Of a stretch of 64,000 nt of DNA, positions 46,601 through 58,423 are shown in pieces. The stretch's first letter is position 1; each line of letters begins with the position of its first letter. This DNA is from Pecten maximus (lineage: Eukaryota): assembly GCF_902652985.1 (NCBI RefSeq), contig NC_047025.1, forward strand, positions 29,326,001-29,390,000, read 5' to 3'. A program made the position numbers and the translations under genes. The notes beneath the pieces are model-generated. The model worked only from the letters and a program-made list of their open reading frames with translations, was not told the origin of the DNA and did no database searches.

Positions 46601-49470
46601 TTTGTAATATCCTGGAAAATTATGTTGCTTACACTCCAATTTTACAATAATGAATTTTAATTGGTAGCAATAAAAAAAAAAATCTTGTCTGGAATTCAGC
46701 TTTTTGATGAGCATTATCTTTCTTTCTTTTTTTGTACCCAGGACAATTCAACTTAACATAAAAGAATTTGGCCCACTTACAATTATATTATCTGAAATTT
46801 GATAATACAATATATTTATTTGGGCATAAAATATTTTCAATCAACCAGAGGATTAGATGATTCAGTGCTGATGTTGAAATCAGTTTATATTTTAATGCTC
46901 CATTTTACATTTCATGGCTGAAAATCAATATTTCATGAAACCCATGTAACATGATCCAAAGAAATTTAAAGTTTATCTTGATCTTAGCAAGCTTTATAAT
47001 CATATGTGGCTTGACACATAGATTACATACAACATGTAAGCAGTGGGTTTTAATTTCCCTGGGCATTGTGCTTGTTAAATTGCATTGCCTTTCACAGCTT
47101 TCACTTTCTGAAACATTTAACTACACAGCTGTACAAAGAAACAAACTACTTATAAAAGCCAAATCCTAGGCCTCATGTGCAACAAAAGCCCTTTGTTGGT
47201 TTTTAAATAAAATTACTGTTTATTCTAACAACAATACAGTGGAGGTTTTCTGCTACATAATAAATATTACTTTGAAACAGTTTTTCAGTACAATCATCAG
47301 CTACTAACTTTTCATATAAACAAAAACATAATATTAAGAATGTTAAAATTGTTTTAAAACTGAAGCAAGGCAATTCTGCAAACAAAGCAAAAATAGAATA
47401 CATTGCAATTGTATAGAAATAAAATAGAATACTATCATGGTACGTACTATATATATATATTCACCTTTCTAACACATGTAAAATGTGAAGTATTACAGTA
47501 ACTGTTACTGATTAAATTCATCCCTCCTCTAATTATCTCTCGAGAAATTTGCAGAATCATGAGATATTTGCAGAATAAATTTGTTAAGGAGCATGGATTC
47601 CATTTGGATTCTATTTCAGATCATGATCAGAGTTTATATTGACAGTCATAACAAAAAGTCTCAATTAGGTTAATTAAGCCAGCTTCGGTTTCCACACATT
47701 TGTTCTGTAAGAACAGTAGTAAGAATTATCTAAAAGTTATGGTATTGGTGTCACCAGTAATTGCCAGTGGCCTGTAGGTAGCTGCGATGTCGTAGCTCAT
47801 GATCATGATGACAAAAATTTTAATGACAGGCGTACGCGTCGTCAGGACGACAGAGCTACAATTGGGTCGACTCATGAAGACCAATGTAGCAACTCTTCTA
47901 TATGTCGAAATAGTGCAAAAACATAATTATTTCTGTATGATTTGGCCCAACAATTTCCCGCAAACATTGTAGGATACAATACATATTGCAAATATTAAAT
48001 ACATTGAGAAATAACCTAAATGCGACATTATATTATTCATAGTTTTATTTACGTTTTTGGACCTGACTGGTATTGCAAATGCATTACCATAAACCCTTAA
48101 AATTGGTATGATATAACAACTTAGTTTAGGACATGCGGTAATGTCGAACATGGCCTATACTAATAAATGTTTGTATTAACCGTAAAAGCGAGAGTATAAG
48201 GTAACCTTACTAGCTCAGACTAGCAGGAATTTCCCTTTAGCCCGGTGGCAGGATGTTTGTATTGAGAGTGAATTTAAAGGTCGGTAGTTCGAAGCCCAAC
48301 ACAGGAAGGGCATTTTTCATTACTCCTTATATATTAGCTTCCTATTACAGATTTGGTGCTATTGACCACTCCAAGTAAAACCTATAGGAGATTGAGGGGC
48401 TTCCTTGAGCTAAAGAACCTGGGTTGTGGTTGTCTTCAGGGGCAAAGACTTTGTGAAGGAGGGTGTAGTGTAAAAGTAGATAGTATAAGGCCACATAACT
48501 AGCTCATGATCAGACTAGCGGGAATTTCCCTTTTGCCTAGCTAGTGATGGGATGTTTGCCTTGAGAGCGAATTCAGATCGCTAGTTCGAAGCCCGACAAA
48601 GGCAGGGTATTTTTCATTACTCCTTCCTATTACATTATAAATACAGAATTTGAAATATTGATAACTTTAAGAGCAACGAAGTCTGACAAATATTGCTGAA
48701 GTGATTCACTCTGGTGTTGCTACACTGGGGCATATGGAGGCCAATTCATACCCTGCCAGTGCATTAGCTAAAGGCCTGGTATGAATATTCATACTAGCCA
48801 GGGTACATCATCTAGTTGTGATGCGACAGATGAGTTTATATATGATACAAGTTATCAGTAAATCAAGCATTATTAGGCCCTTTACAAAAAACTTTCATAA
48901 TTTTATTGTTTTTTTTTTTTTTAAACATCAAATGATCAGAGACATATATATACAGATATATATGTCTCTGAAATGATGTATGGATTGCAAATACAAAATA
49001 TAGCTATAACAATCAAATGTTCTCGAACATAATCTATAAACATGTAATTGAAGCTAATTAGTTATTGTATAGACCAATCCATTTCAATATGTTTCTTGTT
49101 AGCTAATTAAGAGTTGAAAGATCCGGGTAAAATACTAGTAATACCTATATCAGTATATATATAAGCATATTAAGAAATGTAGGCTTCTATCGCAGGCATG
49201 CACGTTACAGTTTTGCATAGCATACAACTGGGTATTATGAATTTCTTATTCTAGGAATATCTTCAGTCAGATCGAACTGATGCAGTTTCGAGGGAAAACA
49301 AAGCATGTTTGAACTTGCTATCCAAAACTTCCAGACCTAGCCTACCTTGGCCAGGTAAAATATCTATCATTAGACACAAAACGACGAAAAAAACTTACAA
49401 AGGCTGTCAGGTCCTGGATGTTCTTGGGGTCGGCATTGTTTGCCATGTAATCTTTGCCGTAGTCTGCCAT
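43602..49470 (-). CDS. HSBP1: Heat shock factor-binding protein 1, 3 exons, 74 aa
   Basis: Exons 49470-49399, 44351-44285, 43687-43602 give [74 protein letters not shown]. Not in the ORF track. Confidence 0.95.
43688..44284 (-). other. U12-type (minor spliceosome) AT-AC intron
   Basis: 5' ATATCCTTTT at 44284, branch point TCCTTAAC at 43705-43698, 3' AC at 43689-43688. Removal restores the HSBP1 frame. Confidence 0.95.
48181..48634 (+). mobile_element. Second, older TRIM family with degenerate tRNA-like LTRs, in HSBP1 intron 1
   Basis: LTRs 48181-48349 and 48469-48634 ((T/C)GTAAAAG..CCTATTACA), B-box AGTTCGAAGCC in both, PBS TTTGGTGCTATTGACC (48352-48367), purine tract GAAGGAGGG before the 3' LTR. 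TSD not preserved. Confidence 0.85.
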
Positions 49471-50181
49471 ACCTTCTCCTTCTTTGGAACTCGATGTTGT
49501 TCTGACAGTCAGGCAAGATCTTAACAGGAAGTGATTAACTTTTGATTACAGCGCATGCGTACTGAAAACATGAAGAGGTCCATAAAGGGGGCATCGACTT
49601 TGTTACCTGCAGCAGGTAGCCCATGGCGCTATCCAATGGAGTCTTTGAATAATGAACTTTTAGAAATGGCGTGTTTAGTTTATCTCGAGTACGTAACCGT
49701 ATTGTGAACAACAAGTGTATACATATTAGAAATATATACATCAGATCCCATCTCTACACATGTCGACACAAAATTGCATCACTTGAATTGTTTATAGGGC
49801 AATGAGAAGGAGTGTTATACATATACAGTGACACGGAATTGTGTTATGGTATAGGTCCGTTTAGTGCTTGTTGACAGGAGCACGGACTTTTACTAAGTCG
49901 GTGACTAGGGTCAACTAAGAAACTAGAATTTTAATATTCTAGAGACAGAGGCCAGTCTCATAGTCATTATCCACATTGGTTTGCTCAGGGATTAGTTACG
50001 TGCATTTATATGCATGTACATTAATTACCGTTGTACGTACATATACCATTAAAGGTAATCAAGACCATTTAATACCGACGATTACTATTTTATAGTGTCC
50101 CTTCACTGAGTATCCTGTTGCAGACGCTGTCACACAATATTAGCCACACTATGGAGCGCCGTTTTACTATTTATTCCCATT

Positions 50182-50708
50182 TGGTGATATCACCTATTCA
50201 AATGAGTGATATCACCTATTCGAATAGGTGATATCACTTAAGAACTTTTTAAAGTGATATCACCCCTATTCGAATAAGTGATATCACCTATTCGTTTCAT
50301 TAAGTGATATCACCCATTCGAATAGGTGATATCACTCATTCGAATAGGTGATATCACTTATTGAAACGAATAGGTGATATCACCAATTCGAATATCACTT
50401 CATGAAACGAATAGGTGATATCACTCATTCGAATAGGTGATATCACTTATAAAATTTCATAAATGATATCACCTATTCGTATAGGTGGTATCACTTAAGA
50501 ATATTTTTAAGTGATATCACCTATTCCAATTGGTGATATCACCTATTCGAATGAGTGATATCACCTATTCGAATAAGTGATATCACCTATTCGTTTCATT
50601 AAGTGATATCACCTATTCGAATAGGTGATATCACTTATTTGAAAAATGAATTGGTGATATCACCTATTCGAATAGGTGATATCACTGATTGAATAGGTCA
50701 TATCACTG
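50182..50708. repeat. Array of about 22 GTGATATCAC palindromes separated by 11-19-bp spacers (mostly CTATTCGAATAG)
   Basis: Read directly. The basic 22-bp unit is two abutting palindromes. Confidence 0.92.
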
Positions 50709-51334
50709 ATCATGGACAGTGTTGTCTGTCGTATTGGACATAGTACATAGCTGATTCCTAAGTAATGTATTTGTGATAACATGACTGTACTCGTCCCTTT
50801 ATGTTTAGGAACTGCATACACATTGTTATCATTGGTTATAGGAAAAAACAATGTTACGATCTAGGGACCAACAAGTCACTAGAATAGAGATGCCCCATTG
50901 GTTTGGTCGTATTCCCAATACGGGCATTAATACGGTGGCTGATTAAGGACATATGAAGATTTGATTTTCCATCTACTAGGGTAGGACCATAAGATAGCTA
51001 TATTAGGGTTCTATGTTACCAGGTTAAGACCCTAAAAAGCTATATTAAGGTCTTGGGTCACTAAGTTAGGGCCCTACGATAGCTAATACAGGGCCCTAAC
51101 AAAGCTATGTTAGACCCCTAGGTTACTGATTTTAAAAATCAAAGTACTGTAAGTACTGTAGCGCCACAGTACTGTAAGTACTTTTTTTTTTTTTTTTTTT
51201 ATGCTCAGATATAGGCTCATAGATATATCTTAATATTATATGTATATAGTCCAACTTCTCATTCATATTTCATTACCATACTTTTACATTTCTCGTTATA
51301 CAAATCATACAAACGTGGTGTTCATAATTTCATC

Positions 51335-51615
51335 NNNNNNNNNNNNNNNNNNNNNNNNNNNNNNNNNNNNNNNNNNNNNNNNNNNNNNNNNNNNNNNNNN
51401 NNNNNNNNNNNNNNNNNNNNNNNNNNNNNNNNNNNNNNNNNNNNNNNNNNNNNNNNNNNNNNNNNNNNNNNNNNNNNNNNNNNNNNNNNNNNNNNNNNNN
51501 NNNNNNNNNNNNNNNNNNNNNNNNNNNNNNNNNNNNNNNNNNNNNNNNNNNNNNNNNNNNNNNNNNNNNNNNNNNNNNNNNNNNNNNNNNNNNNNNNNNN
51601 NNNNNNNNNNNNNNN
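51335..51615. other. Assembly gap (281 N)
   Basis: Run of N. Confidence 1.
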
Positions 51616-52206
51616 AAACAGAAGCAGAAACTCTATACTAACGGCAGCATACTTGCATATACGTGCTGGTTTATACACAGACCCACACAAAAATAGAGAA
51701 TACTCACAGTAAAAACACCATCACCATCAGTACACACGCAGCGTATATATCACCAATACGCCCTTTTCATGTAAACATAATACTTTCATTTACCCATCTT
51801 TACACATAGATCATAGCTTTCTATTTTAGTACATTTTAAGAGCTAATAAGCTCGCAGAGCCATGTTTATCATCATTGCACATTCTCAATTGATTCTTTTA
51901 ATCATTCTTTTTTATTCGTTTTTTACATGTTACTCGTTTAAATACATTGCTATGCTTTTCAATAATTTTATATCTCTATATCGTTGTAGGAGTAATTTTC
52001 TCTCCAGAAAATGTTTGAATAAAGACACAATTGAACAACTGTCTACCCTTCTATTAGAGATGTGGTAGTGTTTATATATTGTATAACCAATCAGGGACAT
52101 AAGAATGTTAAATTCTTTGTACTTCTTATCAACAATCTTATATCCTATCACGATGTAATACATATTTCTTAGCTGAACATTGTAATTATGTTTTTGTAAA
52201 AGATCA

Positions 52207-52306
52207 NNNNNNNNNNNNNNNNNNNNNNNNNNNNNNNNNNNNNNNNNNNNNNNNNNNNNNNNNNNNNNNNNNNNNNNNNNNNNNNNNNNNNNNNNNNNNN
52301 NNNNNN
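52207..52306. other. Assembly gap (100 N, probably of unknown size)
   Basis: Run of N. Confidence 1.
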
Positions 52307-52465
52307 ATGAAATATTGTAAAATATTAATATTCTATATGTATCAGTTATTATCCTTCAAATCAAAAGTTACACTATTGCTAATGTTATACCTGCGACTCT
52401 GTGTGGAAAAGATACTTGTTGGAAAAGTCAATTACTCTATATTACTATTTGTAGACAAAGTAAAT

Positions 52466-52690
52466 CATTCTGTATTACCATTTGTGGACATATAATTCTG
52501 TATTACCATTTGTGGACATATAATTCTGTATTACCAATTGTGGACATATAATTCTGTATTACCGATTGTGGACATATAATTCTGTATTACCAATTGTGGA
52601 CATAGTCAATAATTCTGTATCACTATTTGTCTATAATTCTGTATCACTATTTGTAGACAAAGTTAATAATTCTGTATTACCATTTATGTA
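52466..52690. repeat. About 29-bp degenerate tandem repeat (ATAATTCTGTATTACCAWTTGTGGACAT)
   Basis: Five good copies and several degenerate ones. Confidence 0.85.
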
Positions 52691-53558
52691 TTATACATCT
52701 TTTATAAAGTCATATACATTGTAATATCATTTTGATCATTTAAAGAAAACAATTATATACCATATAAATGATAATCAAATGCACATAAAGGAAAATAAAA
52801 TCATAATAAAAATGGAAAAATAACTTTTCATACATAAAAGTAGTTATGTTTAGCACTGCTTAAAATCTTGCTATATAAAATAAAGTCCATCAGCTATCAA
52901 CAAATCATATACAAAATAGTTGTATGGAGTTTTAAAATACTTGATCTAGTGGTACAACTTCCATCATTTTTACAACAGATTTTGATAGAAGAACCTTCAA
53001 CAATGGCACAGGTAACAGTGCTACCATATCTCTACCACCAAAATGGGCTACACAAATATCTATTTAAATAAATCCGAGAGGTGATTGAGACTAACAATGG
53101 TTATTTCCAATAGGGGATGGTCTCATCTGTAGGGAAAAGCAGAATAAGTATAATGTGATAGAATGCACTCTTTAACGTATATTTGTAAGAAAACTATAAC
53201 AAAAACAACAAGCTAGGACAACAAAGTATATTAAAAACTATCATATTGACTGTTTCCTGTTACTGATGTACTTCTGGAAAATAATGCATCTAAAACCAGT
53301 GTAAAAGTTAGGAAAACAATAATAATAGCACTAGTTTATAGAAACCTAACAATGCTGGACAATCTAACAATGCTGGACAATCTAACAATGCTGGAACAGA
53401 AATCTGTGAGTCAAATACTGCAGACAGATGGAGGAAAAATCCTGGATGTAGATAATTACAGACTGGGACTAAGATGACGGATAAAACGTAAAGGTAAAAA
53501 TGACAATATCCTGAAATATAACGGCTTTCCTTATTCACTCTATACAGGCTAATTGATA

Positions 53559-56500
53559 TTACATCTTCCCGCCTTTTTCTCCAAGCATTTTTAACACCTC
53601 CTCATAAACTTCAACAGTTCCCTGGTAGCCATTATCAGGAATGTTCTGTAGAAATTTTAAATAGTCATCAGGTAGTTGTAGCTCCCTGGCCCCTCGTAGG
53701 ATCACATCCTTATAGTGTGGTGATGGCCGACTGTCGAACGCAGGATCACCAGTCTTATCCAGTTTATAAGTACGGCAGATGAGCTCCTGACCTTCAGAGG
53801 ATACGACCTTCACATCAAACCCTTTGTAGATACCTTCTTGTCTGAAAACATTAAACATTAAAATCAAAGTGAGAGAGGGCTCTCATAAATATATGAATAT
53901 CTATAATTTTATATATTGGTCTTAAAGTTGTCTTCCTTTGTCATTTGTGTTACTATGTTATATTTAATTTTATATATTATGTATATATATCTTTGTAAAA
54001 TTGTTTCTATATTTTCTCCAAACTTTTATAAATTGTACCTTTTTACTTAAGCCAATGACAATCCAAATCAAAATTGTTGCAGTCTATGTGCATCATTAAT
54101 TCTAGCCCTAAAAACTTCTGAAAACATCAAGTGCTATAGACACTAGGATATGTCCAATTACTCCATGACTGTGTAACAGATTCTTTGACATACACCTAGA
54201 CTGTGTAACAGATTCTTTGACATACACCTAGACTGTGTAACAGATTCTTTGACATACGCCTAGACTGTGTAACATATTCTTTGACATACACCTTGACTGT
54301 GTAACAGATTCTTTGACATACACCTAGACTGTGTAACAGATTCTTTGACATACACCTAGACTGTGTAACAGATTCTTTGACATACACCTAGACTATGTAA
54401 CAGATTATTTGACATACACCTAGATTGTGTAACAGATTATTTGACTTACACCTAGACTATGTAACAGATTCTTTGACATACACCTAGACTGTGTAACAGA
54501 TTCTTTGACATACACCTAGACTGTGTAACAGATTCTTTAACATACACCTAGACTGTGTAACAGATTCTTTGACATACACCTACACCTATGTGTAACAGAT
54601 TCTTTGACATACACCTAGATTGTGTAACAGATTCTTTGACATACACCTAGACTGTGTAAACAGATTCTTTGACATACGCCTAGACTGTGTAACAGATTCT
54701 TTGACATACGCCTATACTGTGTAACAGATTCTTTGACATACGCCTAGACTGTGTAACAGATTCTTTGACATACGCCTAGACTGTGTAACAGATTCTTTGA
54801 CATACGCCTAGACTGTGTAACAGATTCTTTGACATACGCCTAGACTATGTAACAGATTATTTGACATACACCTAGATTGTGTAACAGATTATTTGACTTA
54901 CACCTAGACTATGTAACAGATTCTTTGACATACACCTAGACTGTGTAACAGATTCTTTGACATACGCCTAGACTGTGTAACAGATTCTTTGACATACGCC
55001 TAGACTGTGTAACAGATTCTTTGACATACGCCTAGACTGTGTAACAGATTCTTTGACATACGCCTAGACTGTGTAACAGATTCTTTGACATACGCCTAGA
55101 CTGTGTAACAGATTCTTTGACATACGCCTAGACTGTGTAACAGATTCTTTGACATACACCTAGACTGTGTAACAGATTCTTTGACATACGCCTAGACTGT
55201 GTAACAGATTCTTTGACATACGCCTAGACTGTGTAACAGATTCTTTGACATACGCCTAGACTGTGTAACAGATTCTTTGACATACGCCTAGACTGTGTAA
55301 AAGATTCTTTGACATACGCCTAGACTGTGTAACAGATTCTTTGACATACGCCTAGACTGTGTAACAGATTCTTTGACATACGCCTAGACTGTGTAACAGA
55401 TTCTTTGACATACGCCTAGACTGTGTAACAGATTCTTTGAGATACGCCTAGACTGTGTAACAGATTCTTTGACATACGCCTAGACTGTGTAACAGATTCA
55501 TTGACATACGCCTAGACTGTGTAACAGATTCTTTGACATACGCCTAGACTGTGTAACTGATTCTTTGACATACGCCTAGACTGTGTAACAGATTCTTTGA
55601 CATACGCCTATACTGTGTAACAGATTCTCTGACATACGCCTAGACTGTGTAACAGATTCTTTGACATACACCTAGACTGTGTAACAGATTCTTTGACATA
55701 CACCTAGACTGTATTACAGATTCTTTGACATACACCTAGACTGTGTAACAGATTCTTTGACATACACCTAGACTATGTAACAGATTCTTTGACATACACC
55801 TAGACTGTGTAACAGATTCTTTGACATACATCTAGACTGTGTAACAGATTCTTTGACATACACCTAGACTGTGTAACAGATTCTTTGACATACATCTAGA
55901 CTGTGTGATGATTTTTTACATTCCTGTCCTTATGTTGATTAGACCTATCCGGAAAATCCTAGGTTCTCTTTTGTTCATAGTTGTTGCTAATTTGCTTTGC
56001 AATATTGTACTTTTTTTTACCATTGTTAAATGTAAATGTCTTTATTAGATTTTTCCAGGTGAAAGATAAGTTTTTATAGTATGTGATACACTGTACCTGT
56101 CCTTCCACACTGACCTCGAACCAGCAGGAGTCCAGGGTTTTTATCATAAACAGTAAGACAATTTTGCCCTAGATAGTTACAGAGATTTGGTATAAATTGT
56201 TACCTAGCCTTCAACAGCCCTGTTATTTCTTTTTATAAATGTTTAAGGGGTTCATGAAAATCATAGAGATTTCTTGTCCATAATTGGTTTATTTTAAAAG
56301 TCGACCTTTAACCTTGACCAATGATCACTAAAATAAAACCAGGTGTTGCATTTTGTAATGCTATGGGTGAATTAGCCTGAATGTACTGATAGGAGCAATT
56401 ATCTGCACCTAGCAGAATTATCTCCCCTAGTAGTATATTGAAGCAGATATAGATAGCCAGAAATACTTGGACTATAGGTGAATTTAAACTAAATCTGTCC

Positions 56501-57760
56501 AGGATTCATGAAAAGGTAAAATGACTGGCTCTCCAACAATAATACTGTGTATTAATACCTATTTTGGTATACACATAAACTTGTAATAATCTGAAAGCGG
56601 CGCCATATAAGATTTTTGATAAAAAATTGACAGAAACGTCCAGAATAATTTCATAACTGAATTTCAAAAGATTAGCACAATGATGGTGCATGACCCACAC
56701 TACTTCCATGTATAGCACTATCAATGTATCATAATTTAGCTTACTGGTTAAGAAAAAAAGTGGTAGGTATCATAAGACAACCGCTGAAATGCAGTAACAG
56801 GTATATGTATATCTTACCTATCCAGATTAGGAAGATCTTTAACATCCAGTTCCCACACAGCACCCCATACATTAGCCCCAGACTTCTCCACTATGGTAGC
56901 AACACTCCCATGCCATCGACTGCGTTTAGGATCCTGAATGGCCTCAAACGCTAATTTATAATCCTTAAAAAATAAAAATAGCAAACAAATACATTTTACA
57001 ATACAGGATTTCCGTGTAAGGTTATATGAGGTTAAAGGATTAAACTGACAATTACAAGAAGCGTCGGAGTTATTTCATTCTGGGTCATAGGTACATGTCG
57101 AGCCACTGTGATGTCATTTCATTTTAAAGTATTCTCTTGTTACAATGTCTTTATATTCCTATGTTCCAATCAAAATCTTTTCTTCAGATTTATTTCTATA
57201 CTGTCTGAGGTCACTCGATGATAACACATTAACCACACTATTTGTACATATAAATGTATTTATACATGACTTCGGACATGACAAACTTGTCTGATTATCC
57301 TAATGATCAGAAACCATACCACACTGAAGTCTTCAGTTGCTGCATTTGGTTAGTATTTAAAGAAAAAATGTTAAGGAGTAGAGGCTGATATTTTTTCTAT
57401 AAATACAAACCAGACTTAGACATATAAGTGTATAGAACATTTCAAAATGACGATAGAGACAAAAATAAATTAAAAAAATATCTTACATGAATAAATGAAT
57501 ATACACTTGTGTCTGTATCTGGTTCAGTAATTCCAGAAAAAAACTATTAGGAGTAGGGCTAATATTTTTTTCTATAAATATTTTCTTTATTTATTTTTGT
57601 CTCTTTCATTTTTTATGAAATGTTGCAGCTATATGTATCCAGTATTTGATACCTGTAGGTTTGCAATTGACTGAAACACAGCAGTTGGATTTCGTAGTAA
57701 CAGACGTTCCTTCAGCAGGTTGCTCCCATAGGAGAAGTACATAAAAGTGGGTCGACTCAT
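53559..57760 (-). CDS. GGCT: Gamma-glutamylcyclotransferase, 3 coding exons, 178 aa
   Basis: Exons 57760-57653, 56963-56818, 53841-53559 (537 nt). Motifs YFSYGSNLLKERL..RNP, WHGSVATI, VWGAVW, LDRQEG (catalytic Glu), CRTY, PSPHYKDVILRGA..LPDDY..FL. An acceptor about 20 nt upstream of the ATG implies an unlocated upstream non-coding exon. Confidence 0.93.
54167..55906. repeat. 32-bp minisatellite (GACTGTGTAACAGATTCTTTGACATACRCCTA), about 54 copies, in the last GGCT intron
   Basis: Visible period. Confidence 0.97.
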
Positions 57761-58423
57761 CCTCGCTTAGTTTTGGTTCCTATAATTGAAAGCATGCAAT
57801 CAGAGACAATTCACAATGGATGACAGACCCATATTAACAGTAGCACAGTGTGGAACAATATGCGCCAATCAAATGCCAAGGAGAAATGCATTCTTGTATT
57901 AAAAGCAATACCCCCCCATCTCTCTCTTCTCTGTGTGGGTGTGAGGGCGTGTCTGTGTGTGAGGGTGTGTGTATGGGTGTGAAAATGGTTGTATGTATGT
58001 TTGTTTGGCTAATAGGTACAAGCACATCACCATCTATCTGCTTTCTTACTGCTTTATTAATTTGTATATTTATCTACTTATTTATTTATGTATGTACTTA
58101 CTATTTGTATTTACTTAGTATTCACTTATTTTACTTACTCATGCTTATTCTCCTCTTGTTTTTCATTTTATCTCTTTCCTGCATTGAAAAGCTTTATAAT
58201 GGTAATGAAAGTCTATGAGGATGCTAATATTCACTATCAAAATGTACCTTCTATTTAATTGAGAATGTGTGAGTGTGAAAGATGTTTATATGTCATTTAT
58301 GTTTACCATGCTTAATTTTGAAAAATAAAACAAATACAAAAAAAAAAAAATATTGAAATTGATTTTCTAATAAAAAAATCGCATTATAAAGTTTATCATT
58401 ACAAGTTGCAAAGATATTTAGTT

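Noticed and set aside
50182-50708. CRISPR-like repeat-spacer array
   Set aside because: Repeats are only 10 bp, spacers are 11-19 bp and recur, there are no cas genes, and the context is eukaryotic.
51240-51690. ORFs spanning the N run
   Set aside because: Gap artefacts.
54167-55906. GGCT array derived from its own exon/donor, as in GPATCH1
   Set aside because: Only a weak resemblance (ATGTCAAAGAATCT vs ATGTTAAAGATCT), and the array is about 900 bp from the exon.
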